A stretch of 38,103 nt of DNA. It comes from Leptospiraceae bacterium (GTDB lineage Bacteria > Spirochaetota > Leptospiria > Leptospirales > Leptospiraceae). Shown piece by piece: positions 1-11,098 of the stretch. The stretch spans positions 1 to 38,103 of the forward strand of contig JAGOHK010000041.1 in assembly GCA_017996175.1 (NCBI GenBank). Reading direction: 5' to 3'. Position 1 is the first letter of the stretch. Each line of letters starts with the position of its first letter. Under the pieces are notes generated by a model that worked only from the letters and a program-made list of their open reading frames with translations, was not told the DNA's origin and did not search any database. The position numbers and the translations under genes were made by a program.

Positions 1-32
1 AACAAAGAAAAAAAATCATAGAGGCATATTGA

Positions 33-1934
33 ATGGAAGAAAGACAAGGCAGATTATTACTCGCAATCGTACTTAGCTTAGGAGTTTGGATGGGAGTTAA
101 CTACTTCTTATTCCCTCCTACACCCCCGAAAAAAACTCCAGTAGCGGATAAGACTGATGTGGCGAAAGATACAAAAACCGCCGATGTCAGTAAAGACACC
201 AAAGAAGTAAAGACACCAACTCCTGATAAAAAAGAAAATTCGGTTCTTACTAAACCAACTGAAATCAAACCAATTGATGAAAAAGAGATAAAGAAATTTT
301 ATATCGTCACTACTTCTTTTCTTGCCCAGTTTAGCTCTCTTGGTGGTCGAATTGAACGTTTTTATGTAAAAAATTATCCTGATTTAGAAGGCAATGAAGT
401 CATGATCATTAAGAATGAAAGTGATTTAGTCGACTTCAATGGGGAAAAATACAAGGCGATTGAGATTACCCGCGAGCGTGGTTTTGACTTTAATCCGACC
501 GGCGCAAAAGAAGAAATAGCCGCACCACTTTTTAATCATGTTAATTTTACCGTAAATTATGACGAAGCCAAACAAGTTTTGACTTTCGAAGCTATTTCTC
601 CTGACAAAACCTATTCTTTGAAAAAAGAATACTCCTTCTTTAAGTCTGAAAATTATTTCAAATACAATATGACTCTTACCAATCTGACTAAGGACAAATT
701 GCCATTAGCCACTGCGAATGCTCCTATTTTCTTTAAGTCCTTTGGAAGTCTTGGTCCTGTGAAGGGTCCTGTTATTCCTGAAAAAGATCAGGTTCACTAC
801 TATAGATTCTTTTTTCTCGATGGATCATTTAATGATAATTTAGATGGTGTCAGCACAGAAGGATTTGGTTCTAAAGTGAAATCCTTTTTTGGTTTTGGAG
901 AAGCTCCTACTAGTGGCAAAGATCCTAATTTTGATTTAGTCCTAAAAAAATCCGAGCCTCTTGATTTTTTTGGAAGTGGAAGTCGTTATTTTATCGCTGT
1001 GTTAAATCCTCTTTCTGGAACTAAACCTTCTGGAGTTCTTCTGGATAATCGAAAAGGTAATGTAACCGGACCTGCTGCGGTTTACGACAATATTACCCTT
1101 GACCCGAGTGCTTCTGTCAGTTTTGACTTTGCGGCTTATGTGGGTATTCGCGAGTTAGATGGAATGTCTTTTCGGGATAAAGCAATTGATCCAAAAGAAA
1201 CTAAGACTACTCCTTTTGCTGGTCTTAGCGAAAAGTTAGACAAGTCTTTCAATCAGGGGATAACAACACCTTTCCGTCATGGAATTGTTTGGATTCTCAA
1301 GAAGTTACACGTTGTAATCCCCAACTATGGTTGGTGCATTATCATCTTTGGTATTTTGTTTAAGTCGATCTTTTATCCTTTGAACCAAAAACAAGCTGAC
1401 AGTATGAAAAAGATGCAAGAGCTTAGTCCGCAGATCAAAGTCATCAACGAAAAGTATGAAAAAGATCCAGCCATGAAGCAGCAAAAGATTATGGAGCTTT
1501 ATAAGAAGAATGGCACGAATCCAATGGGTGGATGTCTTCCGATGCTTGTTCAGATTCCAATCTTCATTGCCCTTTATACCGCGTTTAGTGATACCATAGA
1601 TCTTTGGAATTCTCCTTTTTTATGGGTCAAGGATTTAAGTGAGCCGGATACTATTTGGACTACACCGGCTTTACTTGGAGTGTCTGGGATTGCGCTTAAC
1701 GTTCTTCCTTTGATTATGGTTGGAACGCAGGTTGTACAAACGCAAATGACTTCGGTGACAACTGATCCAAACCAAAAGACTATGATGTATCTCATGCCTC
1801 TTATCATGTTGTATTTTTTCTGGACTATGCCATCTGGGGTCACTCTCTATTGGACTATTCAAAACGTCCTCTCTATCGTGCAACAGACTGTTACCAATAA
1901 GTTTGGTAAAAAGAATAAACTTAAAACGAAATAA
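33..1934 (+). CDS. yidC: Membrane protein insertase YidC (long periplasmic N-domain plus C-terminal Oxa1/YidC core)
   Basis: 633 aa; N-terminal TM helix, large periplasmic domain, C-terminal 5-TM core with motif [17 protein letters not shown] and basic tail; conserved position upstream of jag-mnmE. Confidence 0.9.
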   Translation: MEERQGRLLLAIVLSLGVWMGVNYFLFPPTPPKKTPVADKTDVAKDTKTADVSKDTKEVKTPTPDKKENSVLTKPTEIKPIDEKEIKKFYIVTTSFLAQFSSLGGRIERFYVKNYPDLEGNEVMIIKNESDLVDFNGEKYKAIEITRERGFDFNPTGAKEEIAAPLFNHVNFTVNYDEAKQVLTFEAISPDKTYSLKKEYSFFKSENYFKYNMTLTNLTKDKLPLATANAPIFFKSFGSLGPVKGPVIPEKDQVHYYRFFFLDGSFNDNLDGVSTEGFGSKVKSFFGFGEAPTSGKDPNFDLVLKKSEPLDFFGSGSRYFIAVLNPLSGTKPSGVLLDNRKGNVTGPAAVYDNITLDPSASVSFDFAAYVGIRELDGMSFRDKAIDPKETKTTPFAGLSEKLDKSFNQGITTPFRHGIVWILKKLHVVIPNYGWCIIIFGILFKSIFYPLNQKQADSMKKMQELSPQIKVINEKYEKDPAMKQQKIMELYKKNGTNPMGGCLPMLVQIPIFIALYTAFSDTIDLWNSPFLWVKDLSEPDTIWTTPALLGVSGIALNVLPLIMVGTQVVQTQMTSVTTDPNQKTMMYLMPLIMLYFFWTMPSGVTLYWTIQNVLSIVQQTVTNKFGKKNKLKTK

Positions 1935-1946
1935 TAAGGAGTTACT

Positions 1947-2657
1947 ATGTTAGGATATATTTTTGAAGCCGAAGCGAAATCAAAATCAGAAGCAGAGGAG
2001 ATAATTTTAAATACCCTTAGACTTGCCGACGGGGATTTAAAATTTGAAATAGTGGATCCAGGTAAGAGCGGTTTCTTAGGATTTACCGCTAAAAAACCTG
2101 CAATTGTTCGAGCTTATGTATCATCCAAAGACCTACCCGCAGAAAAAATCATTCATGGAATCGTAATTACCATTTTGAAAAAAATGGGAATTGAAGCAGA
2201 AGTGGTTGGGATGGGAGATGTAGATGGAAAAATCTATATCGAACTAGGAAGTGCTGAGTCTGGAATATTGATTGGAAAACGAGGGGCTACTCTTGATTCG
2301 CTCCAATTCATACTCAACCTAATGGTAGACCAGAAAGTTCGCCATGGTAGAAAAATTATTCTAGACATTGAATCCTATCGTGATAAGAGGGAAATGTCTC
2401 TTATCCGCTTGAGTCGTTCTATCGCTTCCGGTGTTGCTAAAACCGGTCGTTCTCGTTTACTTGAGCCTATGAATCCGTATGAGCGTAGAATCATTCACAT
2501 GGCATTACAAAAAGACGAAAAAGTATTTACCCGAAGTGAAGGCAATGGAACTTACAAACGAGTCCGAGTTATCTCTTCTAAAGACAGACATAAATACAAA
2601 GATGTAGAAAATAAAAATCCTGATCTACCGGATGACGATGATGGTTTAGACGCTTAA
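1947..2657 (+). CDS. jag: Jag/KhpB-family RNA-binding protein (KH + R3H domains)
   Basis: 236 aa; KH-like [14 protein letters not shown] and C-terminal R3H-like region; canonical yidC-jag-mnmE order. Confidence 0.8.
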   Translation: MLGYIFEAEAKSKSEAEEIILNTLRLADGDLKFEIVDPGKSGFLGFTAKKPAIVRAYVSSKDLPAEKIIHGIVITILKKMGIEAEVVGMGDVDGKIYIELGSAESGILIGKRGATLDSLQFILNLMVDQKVRHGRKIILDIESYRDKREMSLIRLSRSIASGVAKTGRSRLLEPMNPYERRIIHMALQKDEKVFTRSEGNGTYKRVRVISSKDRHKYKDVENKNPDLPDDDDGLDA

Positions 2658-2658
2658 T

Positions 2659-4038
2659 GTGACTGAGACGATTGCCGCCATTTCTACTGGTAATATTCCG
2701 AGTGCAATAGGAATTATCCGCCTCACCGGAGAGAATACTCTTAGTATTTGTTCTAAGATTCTCTTCGGGAAGGATAAACTTTTTACTCCTGAGTATATTT
2801 CCTTAAATCCTCGTAAGGCGATCTATTGTGACTTGGTAGACGGTGAAGTTAGGCTTGATCAAATTGTATTCGTATTTTTTAAAAATCCCAATTCTTATAC
2901 GGGCGAAGACCTCGCCGAATTTTCTCTTCATGGAAATCCGATTCTTTTAAAAAAAGCATTGCAACTTATTTTTAGAGAAGGAGCAAGACCGGCAAGAGAA
3001 GGCGAGTTTACTAAACGAGCTTTCCTAAACGGCAAATTAGACTTAACCGGTGCTGAGGCAATTGGTCGTTTAATTTCTGCTCGTTCTAACTTTGAATTAG
3101 AACTTGCTCAAAAAAATGTATTTGGCGAAATCCATCGCCTGAGTTCTCGTGTGCGAAGTGATTTGATTAGCCTCAAGGCAGAGTGTGAGGCTGAGATTGA
3201 TTTTTCTACCGAAGATTTGACTTATGAATCGAAAGAAGAACGAAAAAATCGAATGGCTGGCTTATACGAGTTATGCGCTAAGGTTTTACGAAACTCCAAA
3301 CGTGCGGAAAATTTTATCGAACAGAATAAAATTGTAATCTATGGTGAGCCTAATACTGGTAAGTCGAGCTTGCTAAATAGTCTAATCGGTCGTGAGCGTG
3401 CAATTGTTTCCAATATTCCAGGGACTACTCGCGATTATCTCTCAGAAAGTTTTTCGCTCGGTGGGATTCCATTACAACTCATTGATACTGCTGGAGTGCG
3501 GGAAACAGAAGACCAGATTGAAAAAATGGGGATTGAACGTAGTCAGAATGAATTTGCCAATGCAAACCTGAGATTGTTTGTATTGGATGTTTCGGCTCCC
3601 ATAGACGTGGAAGCATTTGCCCAAGTTCATCAATCTAGAATGCAAAATTCAATCTTGGTCGCCAATAAAATTGATATAGAACACGAAACTTGGAAAAAAA
3701 ACAAAGCACAATTTCAAACACTTGGAATTTCCCTCTGTGAAGTCTCGTGTAAAACCAAACAGGGTTTGGAAGAACTTTTAAATTCAATTCAGACCCATTT
3801 AATCCATATAGACAAATCAGACGACTTTGTACTTTTGGAAGAAAGAAACGAGTTTTATTTCCGAAAAATCCAAGACCATCTAAAATTGGCAATAGACTTA
3901 ATGGATTCAGATACCCCTGCTGAAATCTATATCAAAGAAATAGATTATGCTTTGGAAAATGTAGGACTCATAAATGGAAAAGTAGGAACAGAAGAAATAC
4001 TCGGAAGAATTTTTAGTAAATTCTGTGTCGGTAAATAA
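2659..4038 (+). CDS. mnmE: tRNA uridine-5-carboxymethylaminomethyl modification GTPase MnmE
   Basis: 459 aa; G1 motif [19 protein letters not shown]3 motif, NKID G4 motif, C-terminal CVGK tail; GTG start overlapping jag stop. Confidence 0.9.
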   Translation: MTETIAAISTGNIPSAIGIIRLTGENTLSICSKILFGKDKLFTPEYISLNPRKAIYCDLVDGEVRLDQIVFVFFKNPNSYTGEDLAEFSLHGNPILLKKALQLIFREGARPAREGEFTKRAFLNGKLDLTGAEAIGRLISARSNFELELAQKNVFGEIHRLSSRVRSDLISLKAECEAEIDFSTEDLTYESKEERKNRMAGLYELCAKVLRNSKRAENFIEQNKIVIYGEPNTGKSSLLNSLIGRERAIVSNIPGTTRDYLSESFSLGGIPLQLIDTAGVRETEDQIEKMGIERSQNEFANANLRLFVLDVSAPIDVEAFAQVHQSRMQNSILVANKIDIEHETWKKNKAQFQTLGISLCEVSCKTKQGLEELLNSIQTHLIHIDKSDDFVLLEERNEFYFRKIQDHLKLAIDLMDSDTPAEIYIKEIDYALENVGLINGKVGTEEILGRIFSKFCVGK

Positions 4039-4048
4039 GGAAAACACA

Positions 4049-5398
4049 ATGGAAGATGATTACAAGGAAAAGGCTTTAGCATATCATAGAGCGCATCCGC
4101 GCGGTAAAACAGGAATTGTCTCAACAAAACCTACAAATAATGCTTACGATTTGGCATTAGCTTATTCTCCTGGTGTTGCCTATCCTTGTCTAGAAATTGA
4201 ACGCGATCCAGAGCTAGCATACGAATATACCAACCGTGGGAATTTACTCGGTATTATCTCCAATGGAACTTCTATTCTTGGTTTGGGTGATATTGGGGCT
4301 ATTGCCGGTAAGCCGGTGATGGAAGGAAAGTCTGTTCTATTTAAAAACTTTGCTGGCATTGATGTATTTGATATTGAACTAAATACAAAAGACCCAGATG
4401 AATTTATTCGCGCTGTGAAACTAATGGAGCCTACTTTTGGTGGAATCAACTTAGAAGATATAAAGGCGCCAGAATGTTTTTATATCGAAGAAAAATTAAT
4501 CGAGATCATGGACATCCCTGTTTTTCATGACGACCAACACGGAACCGCCATCATCACTTGCGCTGCTGTTATCAACTACTTGGTATTATCCAACAAAAAA
4601 CCACAAGATGTAATTCTGGTATTAAACGGAGCAGGGGCAGCGGCAGTGGCTATAGCCAAACTTGTAGTTCATATTGGAATCGATAAAGAGAAAATTTTCC
4701 TTGTTGACTCTAAGGGAGTAATATCAAATAGCCGCACAGACCTTAATTCTATGAAGTTGGAATTTGTTCGAAACACTAAAGCTGTTACTTTAGCTGATAT
4801 TATGAAAGACGCTGATATTTTTATCGGTGTCTCCAAAAAAGACCAAGTTACTAAAGAAATGGTGAAGTCTATGGCGAAAGATCCTTTGATTCTCGCTATG
4901 GCTAATCCTGATCCAGAAATTGGCTATAAAGATGCTGTATCAGTTCGATCTGATTTGATTATGGGAACTGGTAGAAGTGATTTTCCTAATCAAGTAAATA
5001 ACCTACTCGGATTTCCATATATTTTCCGAGGAGCCCTTGACATGCGGGCAAGACGTATTAACCTCGAAATGAAACTAGCGGCTGTTTATGCACTCGCAGA
5101 GCTTGCGAGACAAGAAGTTCCTGATTATGTGTCCGCAAAATACGCCGGCGAAAAATTCCAATTTGGGAAAAACTATATTATACCTAAGCCCTTTGATCCT
5201 AGAGTCTACTATCGCGTATCCACTGCCGTAGCCGAAGCCGCTTATGCAAGCGGTGTTGCCCGAATCCCATTCCCTGGAAAAGAGGCTTACAAAATCCATC
5301 TTGATAAATTCAAACCTATTAAAGAAGAAAATCTTGGGGCTATTAACACTATTCCCACAGAAAAAAATAATTTTGAGATTCGCTCGAAAGTTCATTGA
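4049..5398 (+). CDS. NAD(P)-dependent malic enzyme (malate dehydrogenase, oxaloacetate-decarboxylating)
   Basis: Malic-enzyme signature [42 protein letters not shown] and NAD-binding [11 protein letters not shown]; ATG at 4049 preceded by AAGGA chosen over upstream GTG at 4025. Confidence 0.85.
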   Translation: MEDDYKEKALAYHRAHPRGKTGIVSTKPTNNAYDLALAYSPGVAYPCLEIERDPELAYEYTNRGNLLGIISNGTSILGLGDIGAIAGKPVMEGKSVLFKNFAGIDVFDIELNTKDPDEFIRAVKLMEPTFGGINLEDIKAPECFYIEEKLIEIMDIPVFHDDQHGTAIITCAAVINYLVLSNKKPQDVILVLNGAGAAAVAIAKLVVHIGIDKEKIFLVDSKGVISNSRTDLNSMKLEFVRNTKAVTLADIMKDADIFIGVSKKDQVTKEMVKSMAKDPLILAMANPDPEIGYKDAVSVRSDLIMGTGRSDFPNQVNNLLGFPYIFRGALDMRARRINLEMKLAAVYALAELARQEVPDYVSAKYAGEKFQFGKNYIIPKPFDPRVYYRVSTAVAEAAYASGVARIPFPGKEAYKIHLDKFKPIKEENLGAINTIPTEKNNFEIRSKVH

Positions 5399-5411
5399 GT
5401 TTTTTTGAATT

Positions 5412-5684
5412 ATGCCAATTACCGAAGAAGAAACAGAAGTCAGCACTCGAATAGATAATATTTACGAACACAAAGTAATTTTATTCAATGACGATGTAAA
5501 TCCATTTGATCATGTCGAAGATTGTCTCATGCGAATTTGTTTTAAGTCAGAAAAAGAGGCAAGACGAATTGCGCATGAAGCGCATAACAAGGGTAAGGCG
5601 ATTTGCTATGACGGAAGTATTGAATCTTGCGAGACTGTTGCAGAGAAAATGGGTGAAGAAAGACTTACCGTGAGTGTGGTGTGA
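5412..5684 (+). CDS. clpS: ATP-dependent Clp protease adaptor ClpS
   Basis: 90 aa; ClpS core ILFNDDVNPFDHVEDCLMRIC...EAHNKGKAICYDGSIESCETVA. Confidence 0.85.
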   Translation: MPITEEETEVSTRIDNIYEHKVILFNDDVNPFDHVEDCLMRICFKSEKEARRIAHEAHNKGKAICYDGSIESCETVAEKMGEERLTVSVV

Positions 5685-6439
5685 ATCTAAGATGGCGTGA
5701 CCTAACCACTCTTCGTCCACATGAAATTATAATGGACTTACTTCTTTGGACACCATGGTTATTTCTAGCTTGGTTCTCTGTTGTAAATGGTTTATGGATA
5801 TTAGCCGTTATAGGTTGGTTTTTCTTTTTTTTGACTGGTCTTAGATTATCGCATGAAGCATTTCATCGTAACCTTGGACTGCCTGTAGTCGTTTGTGATT
5901 TGATTTTAGTTTTCCTTTCTCCTTTAATGTTTGCGTGTTTACATGCTACTCGTTATACGCATTTACAGCACCATCGGCATTGTCTTAAAAAAGGGGATAT
6001 AGAAGGATTAGTCGCAAAGTATAAATTGGGGGAGGCTATCTACAAGGGTTTTCAATATCCAATCCTTTCGCATAGGTTTGCATGGAACTCAAATCATTCT
6101 CATACAATTTTTTGGATGTCTTCGGAGATAATATGGATTACCTGCTTTTATAGTGTAGGGATTTATTTTTTCCCGTTTCTTTTTTTGGCTCATTTGATTG
6201 CGATGGTCTTTGCTGAATGTATGGTAAGTTTTTTTGCAGTCTGGATGGTTCATCACGATTGCGAGGATCGGCAAAATCCAGCCCGTTCTATTCGTGGACT
6301 TTGGCGTGGACTTTTAACTTACAATATGTTCTATCATTACGAACACCATGGCTGGTCCCGTGTTCCAACAAGAAATTTACCTGAATTGGCAAGACGGTTA
6401 GATGCTCTCGAGAATAGGAATTTTCGAAGGGCTTTTTAA
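5681..6439 (+). CDS. Membrane fatty-acid desaturase-like protein (three His boxes), unusually short
   Basis: 252 aa with hydrophobic segments and His boxes HEAFH, HLQHHRH, HYEHH; GTG at 5681 overlaps clpS stop, alternative ATG at 5732. Confidence 0.55.
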   Translation: MNLRWRDLTTLRPHEIIMDLLLWTPWLFLAWFSVVNGLWILAVIGWFFFFLTGLRLSHEAFHRNLGLPVVVCDLILVFLSPLMFACLHATRYTHLQHHRHCLKKGDIEGLVAKYKLGEAIYKGFQYPILSHRFAWNSNHSHTIFWMSSEIIWITCFYSVGIYFFPFLFLAHLIAMVFAECMVSFFAVWMVHHDCEDRQNPARSIRGLWRGLLTYNMFYHYEHHGWSRVPTRNLPELARRLDALENRNFRRAF

Positions 6440-6460
6440 GTTGTCCTTAATTTATAAAAA

Positions 6461-6489
6461 TTGACAATTGAAATACGATGTATTACAAT
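6461..6489 (+). promoter_or_regulatory. Consensus sigma70-type promoter TTGACA-N17-TACAAT upstream of TA operon
   Basis: TTGACA at 6461-6466, 17-nt spacer, TACAAT at 6484-6489, followed by AGGAGAG RBS and ATG 6509. Confidence 0.45.
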
Positions 6490-6508
6490 GTAGTTTTAGG
6501 AGAGATAT

Positions 6509-6754
6509 ATGACAAAAGTAATTACTATGAGAATAGATGAAACTATATTAAAACAATTTAACAATTTTGCTAAGTTAGAAAATCGATCTTTATCCAATTT
6601 TATCGAAACAGCAACGAAAAAGTATATTAATGAAATGGAATTGACCAGTGATTTTGAAACAAAAGAAATTTTAGAAGACAAACAACTTTTGAAGAAAATT
6701 GAGAGTGGGCGAAAAGATGCTAAAGCTAGACGAGGTAAGTTTGTCAAAGTTTAG
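6509..6754 (+). CDS. Putative type II antitoxin (small helical/RHH-like DNA-binding protein) paired with RelE/ParE toxin
   Basis: 81 aa, immediately upstream of and overlapping a RelE/ParE-like toxin; N-terminal MRIDETILKQFNNFAKLENRSLSNFIE resembles RHH antitoxins. Confidence 0.5.
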   Translation: MTKVITMRIDETILKQFNNFAKLENRSLSNFIETATKKYINEMELTSDFETKEILEDKQLLKKIESGRKDAKARRGKFVKV

Positions 6755-7019
6755 AATTTTTGAAACAACTCAATTTCAATCCGATCTAGAAAAACTCCCA
6801 AAGAAAATGAAAACCATGATTGAGAATAAACTCAAGGCATATGTATATCCCCAATTGTCCCAAGAACCAAGCTGCGGATTAAATATTAAAAAGTTAAAAA
6901 ATTACACTCCTGCTACATGGAGATATAGAATTGGAAATTATAGAATCTTTTATCAAATTGATGAAACAGAAAGCATCGTGTTTATCCTTTCCGTTGATCT
7001 TCGAAAAGATGCATACTAA
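6717..7019 (+). CDS. RelE/ParE-family type II toxin
   Basis: ~100 aa; C-terminal WRYRIGNYRIFYQIDETESIVFILSVDLRKDAY is the RelE/ParE core; ATG at 6717 (ORF track extends to TTG 6699). Confidence 0.75.
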   Translation: MLKLDEVSLSKFRIFETTQFQSDLEKLPKKMKTMIENKLKAYVYPQLSQEPSCGLNIKKLKNYTPATWRYRIGNYRIFYQIDETESIVFILSVDLRKDAY

Positions 7020-7087
7020 ACTGGGAATGAAATCAATCCTTTTTGAGTTGCCTTATTCTAATTCAAAAGAGATTCTGGTTTGTAACT

Positions 7088-7957
7088 ATGAATAAAACAA
7101 TTGCATTTATAGGCGTGGGGATAATGGGACGTGGTCTCGTAACGAATTTAAAGAAGACAGGCGCAAGATTACGAATTTATGCGAGAAATATTTCTAAGAT
7201 ACAGGATTTGCAAGATGAAAAAACAACTATTTTTTCCAATGTCAAAGAAACTGTGCGAGATGCGGATTTTATTATTCTCTGTCTGACAGAAGACTATATC
7301 GTAAAGGAGACATTTTTTGAAATTATCTCAGAGCCATATCATGCTACGATATTGGATTTTGGAACTACCTCACCAGAGCTAACAAACATTATGCACCACG
7401 AATGTAACAAACGTGGATTTCGTTTTATAGATTCTCCGATGACTGGTAGTAAAGTAGCTTCGGATAAGGGTGAAATTCTATTTATGGTTGGCGCAAGTAA
7501 AGAGGATTATAAAAATGCTGAATTTATATGGAATGCCTGCGGGAAAAAAACGATTCATTGTGGGGAAGTTGGCAAAGGACAGCTAATGAAAATTAGCCTT
7601 AACATGATGCAAGCAGGACTTGCTCAAGTATATATGGAAGGCTTTATTCTTGGTAAAAAACTTGGTCTTGATTTAGGTATACTTCATGAAATTGTAACTC
7701 ATTCTGCTGCTCGCTCTGGAATTTCTGATTTTAAAGTGAATTGCATTTTAAACAAGGATTATTCTACGAATTTTTCTCTAAAGAATATGAATAAAGACTT
7801 AAACCATTCTCTTCGACTCGCAATGGCGCATAATATAAGTTTGCCTTTAACTTCTTCTTTAAAGTCAATCTATGATTCAGGTATGTCTCAGAATTTAGGC
7901 GAAGAGGATTTTATTAGTTTATTTAAGATAAATGAAAAGATGAACGGGTTGGGGTAG
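7088..7957 (+). CDS. NAD(P)-dependent oxidoreductase, 3-hydroxyisobutyrate dehydrogenase (HIBADH) family
   Basis: Rossmann motif IAFIGVGIMGRGLVTNL at N-terminus, 6-phosphogluconate dehydrogenase-like NAD-binding and C-terminal helical domain; ATG 7088. Confidence 0.8.
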   Translation: MNKTIAFIGVGIMGRGLVTNLKKTGARLRIYARNISKIQDLQDEKTTIFSNVKETVRDADFIILCLTEDYIVKETFFEIISEPYHATILDFGTTSPELTNIMHHECNKRGFRFIDSPMTGSKVASDKGEILFMVGASKEDYKNAEFIWNACGKKTIHCGEVGKGQLMKISLNMMQAGLAQVYMEGFILGKKLGLDLGILHEIVTHSAARSGISDFKVNCILNKDYSTNFSLKNMNKDLNHSLRLAMAHNISLPLTSSLKSIYDSGMSQNLGEEDFISLFKINEKMNGLG

Positions 7958-8104
7958 GGTAGTAAATGGTTTGTATATACCAAACGCCAAAAGTAATTAC
8001 CCATTCGGATATTATTTGGAGTAGTGTTTGGTAGAACCGAATGCGCTTTTTTGAATCAGAAATGTGTAATTTCTTATGGCGTTCAGTATAAAAATGAGAA
8101 TGTG

Positions 8105-10996
8105 CTAATACATTTCATTTTTCCTTTGTAACCATTTTTGTAGAAGTTGTTCGATAATTATTTTTGTTACGGGTTTATTTGCATAATCGTTCATTCCTGA
8201 CTTAAAACATTTTTCTTTATTACCTGTTTCTATGCCTGCGGTAATAGCAATGATTGGTATATGTTTATTATCCTCTAAATTTCTGATTTTAGTAGCAGCT
8301 TCATAACCGCTCATTTCTGGCATTTGAATGTCTAAAAAAATAAGATTTGGTTTTTTATTTATATACTCCTCGACAGCAGATTTGCCATTTGCCGCATCCA
8401 AAAGAATTACATTTGGTAGAATAGATTTAATTATTGTTTTGATTAGTTCTAAATTTATAATATCATCGTCTACAACTAAAATTTTATAGGGATTTACAAA
8501 ATTAATATTATTTAAGGGAGAAGTGATATTATCCTTTGAAATCCCAGTTTGGTTGAAACTTGGAGATTCTATTTTTGCGGTTAAATAAAAGTAAAATTCA
8601 CTTCCTTTACCTAATTCACTTTTAACTTCTATTTTGCTGTGTAATAACTTGAGTAACTGATTGGATATTGAAAGCCCAAGACCAGTACCACCGAATTTAC
8701 GGCTTGTGGAAGTATCTACTTGAGAGAATGCAGCAAAAATTTTAGATTGATCTTCTTTTGAAATCCCAATCCCAGTATCTTTCACTGAGAAAAGAATAAT
8801 TACTTTATTTTCTTCTGGTATATAGCTATTAACCTTAATTGTGATTTCAATTTCACCTTCCTCGGTAAATTTGAATGCGTTACTTATTAAGTTTGCAATA
8901 ATTTTCTTTAGCTTTACTGGATCTGAAATAATAAATTGCGGGAAATTATTTGCAATATGAAATGATACTAGAATATTTTTTTTGTTGGATTGTAATTTTA
9001 TCTCATTTAGAATTTGTTCTAATAACTGCCTTAAATTGATAGGAATAGATTGAATTACAATCTTACCAGATTCTATATTAGAAAAATCTAATATATCATT
9101 TAATAAATCTAAAAGAGAATTTGCAGCGGAGGTAACTCTATTTAGATATTGAGTTTGTGTTTCATCTAAATTCGATTTAAGTAACAAATCTGTGTATCCG
9201 ATCACCGCGTTTAAGGGAGTTCGAATTTCATGGCTCATATTATTTAAGAAATCAGACTTAGTCTTATTAGCCGCTTCTGCTTCTTCTTTTGCATTGATTA
9301 ATTCAAGCTTAGCATTTTTTTGTTCAGTAATATCTCTTTGTACACCTACGAATTGAATTAGTTTTCCATTAGAATCAAATACAGGCGAAATTGCCAACTC
9401 ATTCCAAAACTTGCTGCCATCTTTGCGATAATTTATAATTTCTGTTTGAATTGGTATATGGTTTTCGACGGCTATGCGAATTTTTTCTAGTGTGTTTTTA
9501 TCTGTTTCGAGACCTTGCAGAAACTTACAAGAAATTCCCAAGATTTCACTTTCTTTATAACCAGTAATATTTTCGAAAGCTTTATTGATATAAGTAATCC
9601 GTCTATCGGAATCTGTAAGCAAAACTCCTTGTGAAATAGCACCCAACGATTTTTCTCTTAGATGTAAAATTTCTTGTGATTGTTTTGACTTAGTAATATC
9701 TATATGAGTTCCGCTAATACGTATCGGATTACCAGCATTATCCCTTTCTACTACCGCACCTTTATCTAATATCCAGATATAATAACCATCTTTATGACGT
9801 GCTCTAATTTCTGCTTCAAAATTTTTTCCTGATGGATAAATTACATCTTCTTTGATTATGGTTTCTAGTTTTACCGTATCCTCAGGGTGAATAAGAGAAG
9901 TCCAAAGTTCGATGGTTGGTCTATGTCCATTCGGATCTAAACCGAGCATTGTCATCCAACGATCATTTACCTCTAAGTGACCGGTTAAAAAATGCCAGTC
10001 CCAAAGTCCTAAATCGCCTCCATCTAAGGCAAGCCGTAGTTGCTCTTCTTTCTTTTGGAGAGATTGATTAGCCTGTTGTTGTTCATAATAAAGATTTTCG
10101 ATTTTTATTTCTTTTGCAGCTTTCTCAGTTGTCACTGCGGCTAATACCAAAGTATTTATCATTACCACACTTACAAAACTATATAGCAGAATGAGGCTAG
10201 AGCTTGTTATCCCCGTAAAGAATGGACCATGGTGATGAACCGTGCCTAGAACAGAAATCGAAATTATAATAAAAGCAAATGCAATTGCAATTCTAAAATT
10301 AAATCGAATAGATACCCAGATTAAGACTGGGAAAATAAACCAAGTCAAATATTTGAAATGTAAATTTGGATACAAATCAAAATAGATAATTAACTGAATG
10401 ATAGAAAATATTAAAATACAGATAGATCCTTCTAGTAATTTCTTACGATCTATTTTGAATGGAGTCCAAGGCAACCATACTAAGATTAATGAACCAAGGG
10501 TTAAAATCCCGAACGCATCTCCTGCCCACCAGGAAAATGCTACTTCAAAAAACTTTCCCCATTCTAACATTCCGTTTAGGCATAAACCAAAGGTTCCAAT
10601 CATTGCGCTTAGAATCGGTGATAGAAAAACTGCGACAAATAAGAATAAAACTACGTCTCTTAATTTGAAAAGTGATCTATCAAAATCAAACTTAGAAATT
10701 AAAATGTATTTAGAAAATAAGGGTTCGATTGTATTTGCAATAACTGTGGCGAGTACAAAACCTATGGGTGTTTCACTCGAATAATTTGCAAAGAATGCTC
10801 CAAGGGATATTCCTAACCAATTCTTCGAACCAAAAATAAGTATAGTGGCAATAGAAAGACCGGAAGGCAACCAGAAAATCGTAACATTGGACTGAATGAA
10901 TGCTGCCGCTAAACCAATTTTTGCGAGAAGGAAAAATAAAAAGGCTACGAAAATGGTTCGAAAGAAATAAGTTACCATATTATTTTTTTGCCGCAC
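8105..10996 (-). CDS. Hybrid sensor histidine kinase / response regulator (MASE1 membrane domain, PAS domains, HisKA, HATPase_c, REC)
   Basis: N-terminal ~300 aa polytopic MASE1-like region, PAS repeats, H-box HEIRTPLNAV, G-box GTGLGLSIS, C-terminal receiver VVDDDIINLEL...DIQMPEMSGYE; start GTG 10996 or ATG 10978. Confidence 0.85.
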   Translation of the reverse strand: MRQKNNMVTYFFRTIFVAFLFFLLAKIGLAAAFIQSNVTIFWLPSGLSIATILIFGSKNWLGISLGAFFANYSSETPIGFVLATVIANTIEPLFSKYILISKFDFDRSLFKLRDVVLFLFVAVFLSPILSAMIGTFGLCLNGMLEWGKFFEVAFSWWAGDAFGILTLGSLILVWLPWTPFKIDRKKLLEGSICILIFSIIQLIIYFDLYPNLHFKYLTWFIFPVLIWVSIRFNFRIAIAFAFIIISISVLGTVHHHGPFFTGITSSSLILLYSFVSVVMINTLVLAAVTTEKAAKEIKIENLYYEQQQANQSLQKKEEQLRLALDGGDLGLWDWHFLTGHLEVNDRWMTMLGLDPNGHRPTIELWTSLIHPEDTVKLETIIKEDVIYPSGKNFEAEIRARHKDGYYIWILDKGAVVERDNAGNPIRISGTHIDITKSKQSQEILHLREKSLGAISQGVLLTDSDRRITYINKAFENITGYKESEILGISCKFLQGLETDKNTLEKIRIAVENHIPIQTEIINYRKDGSKFWNELAISPVFDSNGKLIQFVGVQRDITEQKNAKLELINAKEEAEAANKTKSDFLNNMSHEIRTPLNAVIGYTDLLLKSNLDETQTQYLNRVTSAANSLLDLLNDILDFSNIESGKIVIQSIPINLRQLLEQILNEIKLQSNKKNILVSFHIANNFPQFIISDPVKLKKIIANLISNAFKFTEEGEIEITIKVNSYIPEENKVIILFSVKDTGIGISKEDQSKIFAAFSQVDTSTSRKFGGTGLGLSISNQLLKLLHSKIEVKSELGKGSEFYFYLTAKIESPSFNQTGISKDNITSPLNNINFVNPYKILVVDDDIINLELIKTIIKSILPNVILLDAANGKSAVEEYINKKPNLIFLDIQMPEMSGYEAATKIRNLEDNKHIPIIAITAGIETGNKEKCFKSGMNDYANKPVTKIIIEQLLQKWLQRKNEMY

Positions 10997-11098
10997 AGTT
11001 TTTAAATAACGATTACATTGAATAATGCAATCATTATTTAAAAACTTTTAGTTTTTTTGAAAACTTTAAGCTGTTTCCACTACCGCATAATGGACAAG

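Noticed and set aside
1574-1883. Two minus-strand ORFs (89 and 70 aa) inside yidC
   Set aside because: Embedded in the conserved YidC core-domain coding region; no independent signals
4025-4048. GTG at 4025 as the malic-enzyme start (overlapping mnmE)
   Set aside because: ATG at 4049 has a good AAGGA RBS and better matches malic-enzyme N-termini; the upstream extension is probably not translated
10398-10784. 128-aa and 69-aa plus-strand ORFs inside the histidine kinase gene
   Set aside because: Fully embedded antisense to a strongly supported multidomain CDS
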